Under the pieces are notes generated by a model that worked only from the letters and a program-made list of their open reading frames with translations, was not told the DNA's origin and searched no databases. The translations under genes were made by a program, and so were the position numbers. Source: Carcharhinus amblyrhynchos (lineage: Eukaryota). From it: DNA of 64,000 bases. The stretch's first letter is position 1, and the number at the start of each line of letters is the position of its first letter. Below, piece by piece: positions 39,523 to 52,834 of the stretch. The stretch spans positions 38,316,001 through 38,380,000 of the forward strand of contig OZ336896.1 in NCBI GenBank assembly GCA_965287045.1. Direction: 5' to 3'.

Positions 39523-39969
39523 AAACAACAAAAAAAGGGGAACGCTATGCAGTTCTTCAATTAAAAATGAATAATGGATATTAAAAGTTTACATTTTGTT
39601 TGCTGTTGCGCACCAGTGGAGTTGTACATTTCCGTATTTGTTGTGAGATTTATTATAAAGTTATGCATTCCTTTGGTCTAGCCAAACAGGCAATATTTTA
39701 CATTGGTGTCAATAGTTTAAAAACACTAGGAGTATTCCATGGATTCTGCATCTCAACTGAGCTGTTGCAATATTGTGATTTCTTTGACGTTCGTCTCAGC
39801 TCTCTTGTTAATGATAGTGGATGTTTTTTTGTGAAATGTGAGCGACTATTTTTGATTTATTTTATCAATGTATGCGTGCGTGTGTGGAAATGTGTGTGCG
39901 TGCGTGTGTAAATCACACAATAAGGTCTAAATATTGTATTTTGGATTGTTTTCGTAACGGAGAGAGAAA

Positions 39970-39975
39970 AATAAA
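39970..39975 (+). terminator. Candidate HoxB6 polyadenylation signal
   Basis: AATAAA followed by a U-rich tract. Confidence 0.5.
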
Positions 39976-41608
39976 AGCAACTGTCTTAAAATTGAGTAAG
40001 AGGTTATTTTTTTATTTGTTTTCTGTTAAATTAATGTGATTGTAGCATGCGTGATAATTTTTTAAAAATGAGGCATCCTTATTTGGAATGATAATAAAAA
40101 AGTTTTTTTTATAAAAAGAATGCGTATTTCTCAATTTAAGAATCATAATATGCATGAAAATCAATTGATGATTTGACAATCAGACATAATACAAAAACTA
40201 CATTTTCAATATCTCTACTCATAGCTTATCCAAGCCTAGATTGCGATCTATCACAAAACAAAAAGTTGACAGTCCTCATTGAATTTCTCGTAATTGATTT
40301 ATCTCTGATTTCCCTTCGAATTTAAATTTCATTTCTGTAATCAGCTTACTGCCCGCTTCTAAAAAGCATACTGGATTATAGAAACATAATTGGCTAATGA
40401 TACCAGGCAAATCTTTGAAATTCGCAACCAGCATATGCAGAAAGGAAGCACAGGATATCGCAGCTTTTCACAACTGCTTTTCTGGTTTCAAGATATTTTA
40501 TTCTCCGCTACACAAGCAAGTGAATGCCTCTCGGCGTACGTCTATCTAGATGTGTGCCCCAGTCATGCCACCATCTTATTAACTCACATTTCCTAAAAAA
40601 GAAGTTAGAGCTTGTAAACATAACGATGCATATCCGCAAACTCCATCACGTTTTGTATAATGCATATTAGAACTTTAATCCTTCCTCACACAATATAAGA
40701 CAACATTGGGCCCCCAGAAATGCTGGAGTGCCTCTGCTAATTATTCATCGAACCTCTAGGAGGTGAGTTGTACGAAGGATTTACGCGGACTCGCTAAAAG
40801 ATCGTAGAACGTTAATGGGATTGTGCTTACTGTATAAAAGAACGCGAATGAAAGATTCGTGTCTCTAGAATGTTAATTAGTATTGTTAACTTTGGCACTT
40901 AAATCAGAAAAATTGCATGGTAATTTTTTCAAAGAGCATATCAATCCCGAATTGGGGAGGTGATGCAAGGTAGTTCAACCATGTATTTTCTAAGTAGGTT
41001 CCTTCAAAGCACATTAATGAAAAGAAATATGCTACCCGAGCAACCTATGGAGTGCCCCAGGGTACAAATTAGAACTTTCTAAAATTTAGTCTCTCCCTTA
41101 TCTGTGCAATTTGAAGATAAAGTTTTTTTTTAAAGCACACTTTATACGCAACATTTCACAACGAATGTCAGTCCCGCAAACATACAGGAAGGATAAAATT
41201 AGCAAATATCAATGCTTACAACGACAGGACCAAAGGTAAGTCGATGAATGCGCGCTCATTTAACTGACTAGTCAAGGATGGCAAGTTAATTGTTTTTAAA
41301 TGTATCTGGTCAAAAAACGAAATAAATTGCTCCACTCCAAGTATAGCTATAAAACGTGATTTCCGATTCAATTGCAAGATAATTGAATTGCCGTTTTATG
41401 TTCAGCATATTTGATTTTTAGCGCTTTTAAACAAATGCACTGTCAAAAGTTAAATAAGATGTGTAACAAAATGTAATGCAATGTTGGAAAATATTGATTT
41501 GAGGTAGGTAAATTTAAAAGATAACTTTTTTGTTGTTTTATTATTCATACAACAATACAAATGTTAATAGACAAGCAATGACATTAATTCGTGTAATTGA
41601 GACGGAGC

Positions 41609-41622
41609 CCAGTAGGTGGCGC
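41609..41622 (+). promoter_or_regulatory. CTCF motif, Hox5|6 boundary
   Basis: CCAGTAGGTGGCGC is a full match to the CTCF core, ~300 bp 5' of the HoxB5 ATG. Confidence 0.82.
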
Positions 41623-41669
41623 ACTCTGCAAACCTGGCCACCATTTGGAACCTCGCATTCACATGGCGT

Positions 41670-41909
41670 AACGATTCTCGGATCGTCATTATTTGTAACC
41701 ATAGAGCATGAATTACCCCTTGAGGTCATCAGTGAGAATTTACGACTGGTCAACAAAAGCACGTGATTCCGACTCGCACCCCCCATATTTGGCCGCATAC
41801 ATAGAAGCGAACGAAGTACAGTCATTTCTATAATTCATTAATATATCATAAATCGTGCAGGACTGGGTTATAACGACTAACAACCACAAATCAACCCAAA
41901 AAAACCCAA
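41670..41909 (+). promoter_or_regulatory. HoxB5 ultraconserved-type promoter/5'UTR
   Basis: ATTTGTAACCATAGAGCATGAATTACC..GAATTTACGACTGGTCAACAAAAGCACGTGATTCC..CCCCATATTTGG..CATAAATCGTGC, recognised as the highly conserved PG5 upstream block. Confidence 0.8.
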
Positions 41910-42444
41910 ATGAGCTCTTACTTTGTAAACTCATTCTCCGGTCGCTATCAAAATGGCCCGGATTATCAGTTACTTAATTATGGGACGAGCAGCTCCGAGA
42001 ACGGACCATACAGGGATTCAGGCACCATGCATTCAGGCACTTACGGCTACAACTACAATGGTATGGACCTTAGCATCACCCGTTCAGCTTCCTCTAACCA
42101 CTTTGGAGTGGTTAATACAGAAAAGTCCAGAAGCTATCCTCCAGCTACAGAAACCAGGTTCAGGCAAGCAGCGAGCTGCACCCTCTCATCTCCAGAACCC
42201 CTTCCTTGTTCCGGCAAGGACAGTCACGGAGTCAAGGGTTCCCCATCCGACCCGACTACCTCCTCTAGTTCAGCAAGTAATTTTACAGAAATGGACGAGG
42301 CCGGAGCATCCTCGGATGCCGAAGAGGGCACTCCAACCAACAACAACAACCATCCCAGGGCACAGCAAGAACCAGCACAAGCAACAACACCAGAACAGCA
42401 GCCACAAATATTTCCTTGGATGAGAAAACTGCACATTGGCCATG
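41910..42444 (+). CDS. hoxb5: HoxB5 exon 1 (~261 aa spliced)
   Basis: [25 protein letters not shown] is HoxB5-type; QIFPWMRKLHI; donor ATG|GTACAC at 42444/42445, phase 1. Confidence 0.95.
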
Positions 42445-42886
42445 GTACACTTTAATTTTGTTTATCACTTTAAATATTGCTCTGTGGTCAGGTAATAATT
42501 CATCGTGTCCTATTGTGCAATCTAGGTGACACGAAATATGAACAATGTGATTCTTTGCTCTACAGAAACTAAACTAAACATTTTTTCCGTAAATTTAATT
42601 TAAATCATTAAACAACAATGTTATAACGTGTGTGTAAAAATAATGCGCGATTCGACTAACAGAATTCAGTAAATATTAAAATAATTATATTTAATGCGGA
42701 TAAATTGCAAATATTGTATATTATATGGGATCCTAGTGTATCGAAAGCTAAGAATTGTGCTGCACGGATCAACATAATAACAAAGAGAACTGTGCAGCAA
42801 CCCTTGACAGACAGTATTGCCGTGACCCATTTTCCATGGATCTGCTTGCAATTTCAGATTTTTTTAAAAAATGTATGAACATGTAT

Positions 42887-42961
42887 ATGTGCGTGTGTGT
42901 GACTGTTCATATCTAGTATGTGTGTGTGAGAGAGCGTGTGTGTGTGCGTGTGTCTGTGTGT
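42887..42961. repeat. Interrupted (GT)n microsatellite in HoxB5 intron
   Basis: Several TG runs. Confidence 0.8.
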
Positions 42962-43213
42962 AGATAATTAGAAGAGCAGCCGTCAAGGCACAGGTTACAT
43001 AGTCAGACAATGAAAAGGAAAATGATAATTAATAGCAATTCAGATTGGGACAATATACTTTCATTTTGATATACATGTCCGGAGAGGCCGTGGGGGAAAT
43101 CATCTTCCAACTTTCCTAGTGTAAAATTTATTTTCAAATGATTTTTTCAAGGAGATAGAAAAGTCAGCTTGGATTTTTTTATAAAAAACAACCCTTCCTG
43201 TATTTATTAGCAG

Positions 43214-43464
43214 ATGGTATGGGTGGACCCGACGGGAAAAGAGCCAGGACTGCTTATACACGTTTTCAGACGTTGGAGTTGGAAAAAGAGTTCCACTTCA
43301 ACAGATATCTAACCCGACGGCGGAGGATAGAGATTGCCCATGCTCTGTGTCTCTCAGAACGGCAGATCAAGATTTGGTTCCAGAACCGGCGAATGAAATG
43401 GAAAAAGGACAACAAGCTGAAAAGCATGAGTATGACGGCCGGAGCAAGCGCCTTTCAACCCTAA
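43214..43464 (+). CDS. hoxb5: HoxB5 exon 2 (homeodomain)
   Basis: TAGCAG tandem acceptor at 43208-43213; [19 protein letters not shown]...[39 protein letters not shown] (AFQP is HoxB5-type). Confidence 0.94.
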
Positions 43465-44139
43465 CAAATCAAATATAAAAATAACAGACACCGTGCACCA
43501 GTACTGTACAGCGAGGCACCTTTTTCTCCGCGTGTTGTTAAATATTTAAGATGAATTAAACTTTCCTGTGGTACTGCTAACATTTTTTTTCTTTTAACCT
43601 GTGTTGTCTTTCCGCTGTTAAATGCTCGTTGCTGTCTTAAGTATGTCTGTGTCAGTGAACTGTTGGTGCTGTCTTGAAAAAGTAGCATGGTTTTTGTGAA
43701 CTGTAAATGGTATAACTTATTTATAATTGACACAAGTTGTACAATTTGATCTTCTTTCCCTCCCACACGCTGATGAAAAACTGAAATCTTTGCCCTTGCA
43801 CTATCACCTCTGAAAAATATAACCACATTCTTGTAAGTTCCTGTCCTTAATGCTGTCCGTGATTTTAAGCAACGTCTGTATGTCGAAATTCCATGTAGAA
43901 TTCTAATCTTTGGTAATACATGTGGATAGATTCTGAAATCAGCGATGATTGTACACGATTATTTAGTGAGTTATAATGGTTGTAAATAATACAAAAAAGT
44001 TTATAATGTTGCCTATAGCTAGTCTGTAATGGGCAGAGTGATAAATGGCATATTTTCTGTGGAAGTGAATGACAACTGTGCTTAGCTCCTACAGTTTGCT
44101 GCCAACAAGCTTTTTGTATTTGTTTGTAGCTTAATTCGA

Positions 44140-44145
44140 AATAAA
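44140..44145 (+). terminator. Candidate HoxB5 polyadenylation signal
   Basis: AATAAA ~0.7 kb after the stop codon. Confidence 0.55.
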
Positions 44146-44984
44146 GTAAAAAGTTTCTGATAATCATCCCTTATCTCTGAAGTGTAATATGTTGACAGTA
44201 AATAGGTTGGTATCTTATTACCCCGTGTAATGCGGTCTATTGCATCTGGGGAATACCTATTGTTGGTATCTCATATAATAAATATTACCAGACATTTGAA
44301 TATTGTTACGTGTTTTTGATATCTTAACCTCATGTCCTGTGTGTTTTATAAAGGCACATTAACGACGCACATAATGAATTTTCATTAACATCTTTTGATT
44401 ACCTCGTTTTATCACTTGTAATCACTTCTATAAGATATTATTATCAGGTAACCGTACCTCGCTCTATTAGTTTAGCGTTCATGTTGAATCCTAAATCTTA
44501 TCTAAGTCTCACTGTTTTGCGTGCGCGGCTGAGTAGCTCGTTTATATTTAAAGTCAGTATTTATGTGAGTTGACTTCTTGCATCTGGATCTAACTGAACC
44601 CGTCATCTTCTAGATAAACATTTCAACAGGGTTGTTTTCTGTTCGCTGCTGTCGTGTATTTTCGAAAGAAATAGGGTGTCTCGGACTTGATTTCTGCGCC
44701 ATGTCCCAAGAGACTTGTACAGTAACAAGGTGTACTGTTTCGCAGTTTGTCTACATGACAAATTATACGCGTTCTTTTTGTAAATCTGGCTTCATTTTTG
44801 TGCAACAGGTAACCTTTAGTTTAGCTTAAACTCAACTTACCAAATGAACGTCCCAGTACTTATCGATAGCTGATAAGTCTCACAGCAAATATTAGGTCTA
44901 TCCTGCAAAGTGCCTGCTTCCCTTGTGAATATAACAAACTACATATACAAGAAGTCGGTATGACATTGGGATGTCAAATGAATT

Positions 44985-45125
44985 GGGTATTTATCTCAAA
45001 GTTAGATCGTAAAAATCGCCCATACCGCAGGCTGATACCCCTACTGGCTCTCAAAAGTCACGTGGGGTCGTTAAAGTTAGTTTTATGGTTCTGGGGAGTT
45101 GACAAGGTACAATATATTTCACATT
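44985..45125 (+). promoter_or_regulatory. Conserved element 3' of Hox5, probable distal promoter
   Basis: TTAGATCGTAAAAATCGCC, GTCACGTG E-box, AGTTTTATGG, GTTGACAAG, TATATTT; recognised from memory as a conserved Hox5-Hox4 intergenic block. Confidence 0.65.
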
Positions 45126-48100
45126 CTGTGTAATGTTAGTGACGCTGAACTTTATCTGACTGGGTTTGCAGAGACTGTAAGCGTATAATACTAGTCTTCC
45201 AGAGGAATAGAGCAGGACTCTCTCGTCAGACCTATAGGGTCCAAAACCTTTACTGACTACAGTTAAAATCACATGGAACTGTACAGCCGAAGGTAAGTTA
45301 CGTCCAACTATAAACCACGACGCGTTGGCTCCTGGCAATAGAGCGCAAAAAAGCTTCCAAAATAAAACAAAAACTTTAAAAATGTTTAATTGACAGTAGT
45401 GGGAAGATTATAGCTTTCACAAATATATTTTTCCATCCCTTAATCAATGCAATGGGCCCAAGTTGTGAAAAGACGTAAGATATGGAGGACGGATTAATAG
45501 GCCTCATTCCTCGTGGCCGATTATTTTACTTAAATAGACTTAAATGTTTGTGATGTTCAGTTATATTTATATTGAGTTTCTTTTTCTATATTGCGGAGTT
45601 AAGAATTCGTTTTTTTCCGTGCACTTGATGCAATTATAAAAATATGCTTTGATTTTAGAACTTGATTTGTTAATCTTTACTTTGAAGCAGGGATGAAAAT
45701 AAATATGAATTTGAAAGTTTTGGCTGTGAGCAAGGATGGGGTTAGGAATGCTCAGACATGTTTGTGGTGTTAGTTGTCGATCCAGTGTAAAGTTTACTCT
45801 TGTTAATAGTCCAGATACAAAACCTAACTCAACCTGGATGCAGTTTCCTCGTTTCGGCCTTAACTGTGTTTTATTTTCAAAATATCAACAGCGTTTTTGT
45901 AATTTCCTGGAACATCATTCTTCTGGAAAACGGGCAGTTTAGCATTGTCACGTGTGGATTAGTGTAATCTTTTGTAGTATATTCACATATATTGTTTAAA
46001 AAGGAAATCGGCCTTTTGAGGAAGGCCCTGTGCACTCAAGGACACCTTTGTATTATTTTTAAAGCACTAACTGGCTTATTAATGTTCCAAATGCAACCCC
46101 TTCCCCCCACTAACTGAATGCCGAAAAATTAATCATTATATATCTTTTTAAATAAACGTCAAATGGATCGTCATTGCTTTAATGTGTAAAGGAAGGTACA
46201 TCCAAGAACAATGCTTGTATAATATTGTAAAACTTTGCAAAGATTAAATTCAAAGAGGGCTCTACTTAAAAGCAGCCATGTTATGGTGGAGTCTAATCTC
46301 AGATTGACCCATAATGATTTTTTATGATTAAACTACTACCCCGCCCCTCCTTCTCCACTAACTCATCTTCGGTGTCTCGCAAACTTGTTTTCAACTTTCC
46401 ATCAGTAAGTTTGAGCTAGGCTGGGGTGCCGAACCTCTGAGTTATTTTAGTACTCACTATGTCTTCAAGGTAAGCAAGGGAACAACAGAAATGTTAATAT
46501 GCGCCAGAAGGTCTAAATGTCCAAAACGTCCAGAAACACCCATCTGCCAATTGTAAAATTTGATGGACTAGTAAAATATTTCCAAACTATTAAATGCGCC
46601 ATTCTGTCCGCAACAGTTCTGCTCTCATACTCGAGACCCAATCACTACTTCTAAAATATAGCCTTTAACTTTTGCAGTGCTGTCAGTTTTGAATTACAGA
46701 CTTTTAGCCTCTATAAATGTCATCATTTTGAAATGTGACTCTTAAGTACGACTAATTGAACGTTGTGCAGACTTTTATACGAAAATGTTTCCTTTGGGGT
46801 TTCAAGTTGAAGTGAGAGACAGGGGAATAGGTGCTATATCAATTTGTTAGGCTAAAGAGATTCTTAACACAATCAGATATCTTTTGATCCTACAGCAAAT
46901 AATTATCCGAAGCAAGTATGGACTAACGTTTTATAATTTAGTTACGTTTTATTTAGATACTGCACTTACTGTATGTTACAGTTCTTTAACAAGAGTAGCA
47001 CCCTTACTGTAATGGACTTCCTGTCATGCTAATCTGACAATTGTCTGCATATTCTGAGGTTCATTGTAAAGATTACTTGTGCGATCACAAACTAGTCTAA
47101 GGAGAAATGTAGATACACAAGAGGAAAATTATACTTTGACATTTCTCATCAGTAAATGTCAAGTTTCTCACCCGTTGATAATCATTGTTGTGACATAGTC
47201 CTCGAATCCGTCAAGTTTTTAATTCTCGCCGCTTCCGGTCTGAAGTTTGAGGGGCGGGGGAGGGAGCTTTTTAAATCAATGTTAGGAGTCAAAGTTTTTT
47301 TTTCTCTCAGAAAGTCGAAGTGTTTCTGTCATCTTTTTTTTATTGCCTTTCCGCGCTGATAGCTGAGGAAATCCAAAGGGTAAACAGGAAAACACATCCC
47401 TGATGGAGGAAGTACATGTGGTCTTGCATTTCATTTCTGATTTTATTCACAGTGTTCAGTGGAACTGAATGATTTTCTTCAATGTTCTGTTGTAAAAGGG
47501 GAGAGAGAAACAATTAATGCTTTTTTTTCAAATTCCTGAATACATATTTTATTCGTGTGAGTATTACAGCGAAAATGGGTCATGGTTTTGAGTTTGAGAT
47601 AAGCCCGTTCTTTGCAATATCGCATTGTTTTGCTCAGAAACAAAATAATCTGTCACTTTCAGATCCACTTCCTACACCACCATTCTTTTCAGCCTTGGCG
47701 GTGTCCTACATTTGGCCCTTCAATTAGATTCCTCAACCTGATTTAAAGACAGGATGCTGAGGAAATACTTTGATATAAATGTTTATAATTAGTGTAAATA
47801 AGAAATTGAAAGAGCATAAATAATTTTAGAAAAAGACATATATATAGGCTTTTGGTAGACACTGATACGTTATTAAAAATATTAAACCCGGCCAAGAATG
47901 TTGAGTGTAAGAATGCTAAATAGCATCAAATATGTTTGAAGACTGGATTTACCCTGTTAGAGAAAAGTATTGAATGAGTTCCAATTGCAGCTAACTCAAC
48001 TAGGGAGAAAGTCATTATAAATACTTCACAATTAATTCTAAAACACAAATAACCATTCCCAATCTATTTAAAGTTACCGGGCTTCCCTTCCTCTTTGTAA

Positions 48101-51100
48101 ATCGACGTTTATGGTGTGAATCGATAGTGAATTGTAACATTACTTAATTTGGTTTCAGGGAAAGTGGTGTTGCTTCTTTCCCCTTCTAACACAGATGTAT
48201 CTGCTCTTGATACTATCAGAAGCGAATTATCTGTTCCACAGAAACGTACAGGATCGATAATCATCCCTATCAGGTTAAATGCACAGTCTAAAGGTGATGT
48301 ATTTTCCTTAAGGTTTTTAAGTGATGTGCATCTGGTGCGCTTATAGTCACTAGATGGATAGGAGGACTGGGTTAAGGTTGTAATTTAGGGGGAAATGGGA
48401 ACAAAAGGCAGTCACACAAACGCGCGAAGGAGTCATAAAGGTGCCAGATGATTATATCGCCATATTAAACATCTAGTTGCAGACACATAGATAAAAGCAT
48501 TCATATCTCATACGTTATCATTAACTCTTCCCCGTGGTTTCAACCGGCAGTCACTGGGAACACTTTAGGCCATAAACCGGCACCCTGTTCCAGAACGTGC
48601 GACCTAAGCGAGGCCCGCATACATATCATAGTCTAATTATATGCAGCACGGGCATAAGGTGAGATCTTAAATTAGATATAACTATTATTTTCGATACATC
48701 TACTTCATTTTAATAAATTGTTAAATGAAAGAAAAAACTATAAACCAAAATATAATTGGTATCAAGCAACATAACATTCCTCATACTGTAGAAAAGATTT
48801 TGTTTTATTATGGTCCACAGGCCTTGCAGATTTTTAATTCATGATTACATTAAACAAGGTTGATGCCTGACATTTGCTGTGCAACTGAACGAGACATTTT
48901 GCAATTGAAAACCTTATTCGTTTAGTTTCAAGAAAATGCTACCAATATACTGAACTATTTTATCCAGTATTCGTTATACAGCGTTTAAAGAACAAGACTA
49001 TGATTTAATTGAATTGAATTGAATTTGGTTTAATTTAATTTTGCATTGCATTTAAGATTCTAAAATTATTACACAATCTGATGACAAAGATAATATAAAA
49101 CCTTTGTTAATGCTTCATCTCTTGAGGGATTGTTCTGATGAGCTGCTTCCCTATATTAAATATACTCCGCTTTTATTAAACGAGTCATGATTACTGCTAG
49201 TGTAACGTTACACGGAACGCAGAGAATAGAAAAAACTGACAAAGGTTTCAAAAAAAATCTTGCTACTAACAACTTAAGATATCTTTACGCATTCAAAATC
49301 GGTTTTATAAGTAGAATTTGAGGTAAGTACTAACAGAACCAGGGGAGTTATTTTACACATGTAACGTGTCGGATCCGCCACCAGAGCCCGCTTCAGACCA
49401 AGTTCATAGTCATTATAGTCTCCTTTCTGCCACAACGCTTACCAGCCTTTCCATTGCAGTTAATCTGGTGGAACAGAGTCGGAGCAGTCTGTTTGATATC
49501 TCCCCAAAATGTTCTACTTATGCACTATCTACAGTTTCTAAGTGCTATAGCCATTTGTCTCTTCAAAACTCACCCTTTCAGTTTGTACATTTTTCTTGAC
49601 GAATAGTGATATAAATTCATTCAAACAATGCCGGTAAGAAAAAGAATATATTTTTGGAGAGTTCAAACCTAACTTTCAAAAAATTCCAGTATCTCAATAA
49701 AACCTTTCGATTTCTAGCTTATATGTCTTAAATGAAGCAGCACTGAAGTTAAAATAAAGTCGAGCCTCGTGGGGGGAAAACAAAACTGTACAGCAATACT
49801 GTCTGAGGATTGCGATGTTGAAACTGTTCATGGGGGCTTGTTAGTACAGCATTATAGCTAAGGGGTCAAAAAGTGGAGGGTCAAAAGTTTACGTCGTGCG
49901 TGACTTGGTGTTGTCTGCATAGATAGACCCAGTTCGATGTCAATGGTAAAAGGGATGATCTTGGCTATCGGCACAGATGAGAAAATGATACCGAGGAGTG
50001 ATGTGGAAGTGGAAGTAGAGTTTAGCAATGAACAACAATCTACAAAGTAGGTAAAATAAGACGAGGGGGACGGACAAAGACAGAGAAGTGGGAGTGGGGG
50101 TGGGGGTTACAGCTAACTATCCTGATCACGATCTTTGCAAAAACGGGGAGGATTAATTGATCCTTTTTATAGGACACTGCACAATAAATAGAAATCACAA
50201 GATCCATGACGGAAGTAGCTGCGGTATAGGTTATAAGAGACCTTGAAAACACAAATGGACAAGACAAATAATTCCCGCCAGATGTAATCAGCTTTTAAAA
50301 TCATTTGAGAGTCAAGTTGTATGGATATTAAAACGGTTTATTTATAATGGGTGACATGACGAAAAAGGATTAATAGTAAATGTCTGTTGATTTTTCAGGA
50401 CAAGAGGATATCAGATAAGTCAAGAATACATTATACAAGTTAATTTGAAAATAGCGCGTAAAATTGGAGCTCATGTACAATCATCAGATTGTCAAACATA
50501 CAATTTGATATGTATAGGTGTAAATGGAGAAAGAAAGTTCAAGGAAGTTCAAAAAGTAAAGACAGAGTTTTTGGAATTAATTGACGAATTGCTGGGGTTT
50601 GAAGTATCATATAAAGCAAGGTCAGGCACGAAAAACAGTAACACGAGACTCGAAAATTATTTTGCATATTATTAAACAGAAAAGATTAACTTCTTTCCTT
50701 TCTCCACGCATTTGCTTTTAAAGTTTTCGCCCAGTTACCTGCACACAGACCCTTAGAATGAAGTGTTCCCATTCAGGGAGATTGCGGGAATCTTGATTCC
50801 ATTGTACAAAAGTGAAGAAAATAATAAGATCGATCTAACTTCTTGCCGTAGGAGTCAAACATATTTAAATTAAGTAGGCATTAGTCATTTTAAAATTATT
50901 ATTAATGCGTATTTGTTGCTTCCTATACCCAATACAAGTTTCTTTTAAGAGTTGCAAACCATAGGCCCTTGTCCGATCATTTAAACAAAGTAAGGCATTT
51001 AAATCTGTCTGCAAGGCAATGGCTTTGGGGTCGTTCTGCGCACCGAACACGTTTTAAATCTGTTTACACTGTAGTTGCTCTGCAATAAATCTGTTCAAAG

Positions 51101-52817
51101 TAAATATACAAGCTCTTACATTTGAATGAACATTTTGTGTAGCAAGCTACCAGAAGTATTTCCAAACACACATTTATAGAGAGTGAGGGGAGAATTAGGG
51201 GCTGCATACTCTTCTAGTTACCTTGCATTCTCTGCCATTCACATCGAAACAAGTGTCAATTTGTAATGGCATTCCTTTTCTTACTTTTTACAAAGACAGC
51301 AAAGATATATTTATTCTTTTCAATTACCGTAACTGAAATTAGAACGAATGAAATTTAAGGGTTTTTTAAATCATGACTAGATTATGTTTATGTCTTACAT
51401 AACTTACTTGTATTTTATATATATGAGCTATACCATAGCACCTTGCACGTTCTCGGGGCTTCCCAATGCGCTTTTACAGCAAATTGAGTACTCTTTGAAT
51501 ATGGTTATTATTGCAAAGTGGGGATTATATATTTACTTTCCACTCGCTGGTATAAATGGAATACAAAACACTATTTTTGCATATGAACTGTTTTGCATCG
51601 GCTTAAATTCGGCACTAAACAAGGTATCTATACTCGGAAATGGCGAAAAGATCATATTCACCTGAAATCATATGGATGGTCTTTTGTTTTCTTTCTGTTC
51701 ATAAGTTCGCATGTATTTGTATGTATTCTCTATAAATGTATGTTCTGATACTTGTTTATTCAATACCTTAAATACGTTATTTTAGGCCATTGTAGTTTCT
51801 ATAATATACAAGGTTCTTTTTGAGGGGGAGGGGAAGTAATCAGCAACACGAACAGTAACAGCACCATGGGGATGTTTATATCATTTAATGCCAACTATGA
51901 CTGTATTATGATGGGCAACAAACATATGACTTAAACAATGCATTTCACCGAGAACGTCGAGCTAACAACAATTGATTGAATCGGTGTCATAAACCTGCAA
52001 TTTGCTCAATCGTAACTGAAACATTCACTCAAAAGTAACATTCACCAAACTCCTCGCATGAAATTGAAATTCCCAGTTTGTATACTAAATAACATGCTGG
52101 AATTGGAAAATACCTGAACATATTTATAAATGCATGTCTCCGTGTTTAACACTGTACTGACAGTTTTACTAATCTGGTAATAGATAAAAAATGCATCAGG
52201 AGAAAATGGAAAAGGAAATGAAATATAGTTTGAGCAAGTTTGAATATAAGTTCATCAACAAATTTGCTGACATTTGCCTGGAGGGGGTTGTGTCGAGTGG
52301 GGGTATTCTCCTTAGTTTTAATTAGAAAATCCTCTGACGTGTTAAAACAATCGTCTTCAACAAATTAAATCAATTCGCTGTTACACACACATGCACAAAA
52401 TGTGAAATGTGCTGGGGCTTTTTATTCGCCTGTTGCCTTATCTCTTTATGTTATTCTTTGACTAATCCAATGTAATAATACATGAAATATGCAACTGTGA
52501 AAAAGATAACATTTCATATTCATGCAACTAAGCATGCACAAGAAAACAGATCTATTAATTACTTTTGTTATTCAAATTGGAATCTGGGTACGTATCTGCC
52601 AATAGAGGACTAGAGCTGTGACTTGTATAATAAATATTTGATGCTAATGGAATCACAGAACATGCAATGCTTGAGAGAATTTCCAGATCTTTACTGCTGT
52701 TTTGGGTAAACTCCTGCCTTGCTATTTTTCTCAAACGTAATGACCTGAGCAAAATTCAATATGACTGAGAGACCTATCCATACTATAGAACTTGTAGAGG
52801 GGGAGAGTCCAAGAGCG

Positions 52818-52834
52818 GGGTGAAACTCAGGTCA
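52818..52834 (+). promoter_or_regulatory. DR5 retinoic acid response element 5' of Hox4/miR-10 (B4U-type)
   Basis: GGGTGA-aactc-AGGTCA; form and position match the PG4 upstream RARE. Confidence 0.85.

Noticed and set aside
44626-44633. miR-10 seed match ACAGGGT
   Set aside because: Lies beyond the likely HoxB5 poly(A) signal; single 7-mers are expected by chance.
49003-49053. (AATTG)n-like pentamer run
   Set aside because: Short degenerate simple repeat with no evident function.
49920-49945. tRNA/SINE B-box-like GTTCGA
   Set aside because: No A-box, cloverleaf or tail.
44200-52700. Orthologue of the mouse Hoxb4-b5 DE-RARE
   Set aside because: No good DR5 found by eye (best is imperfect TGAACT-n5-TGACTG at 45146-45162); absence cannot be claimed without an alignment.
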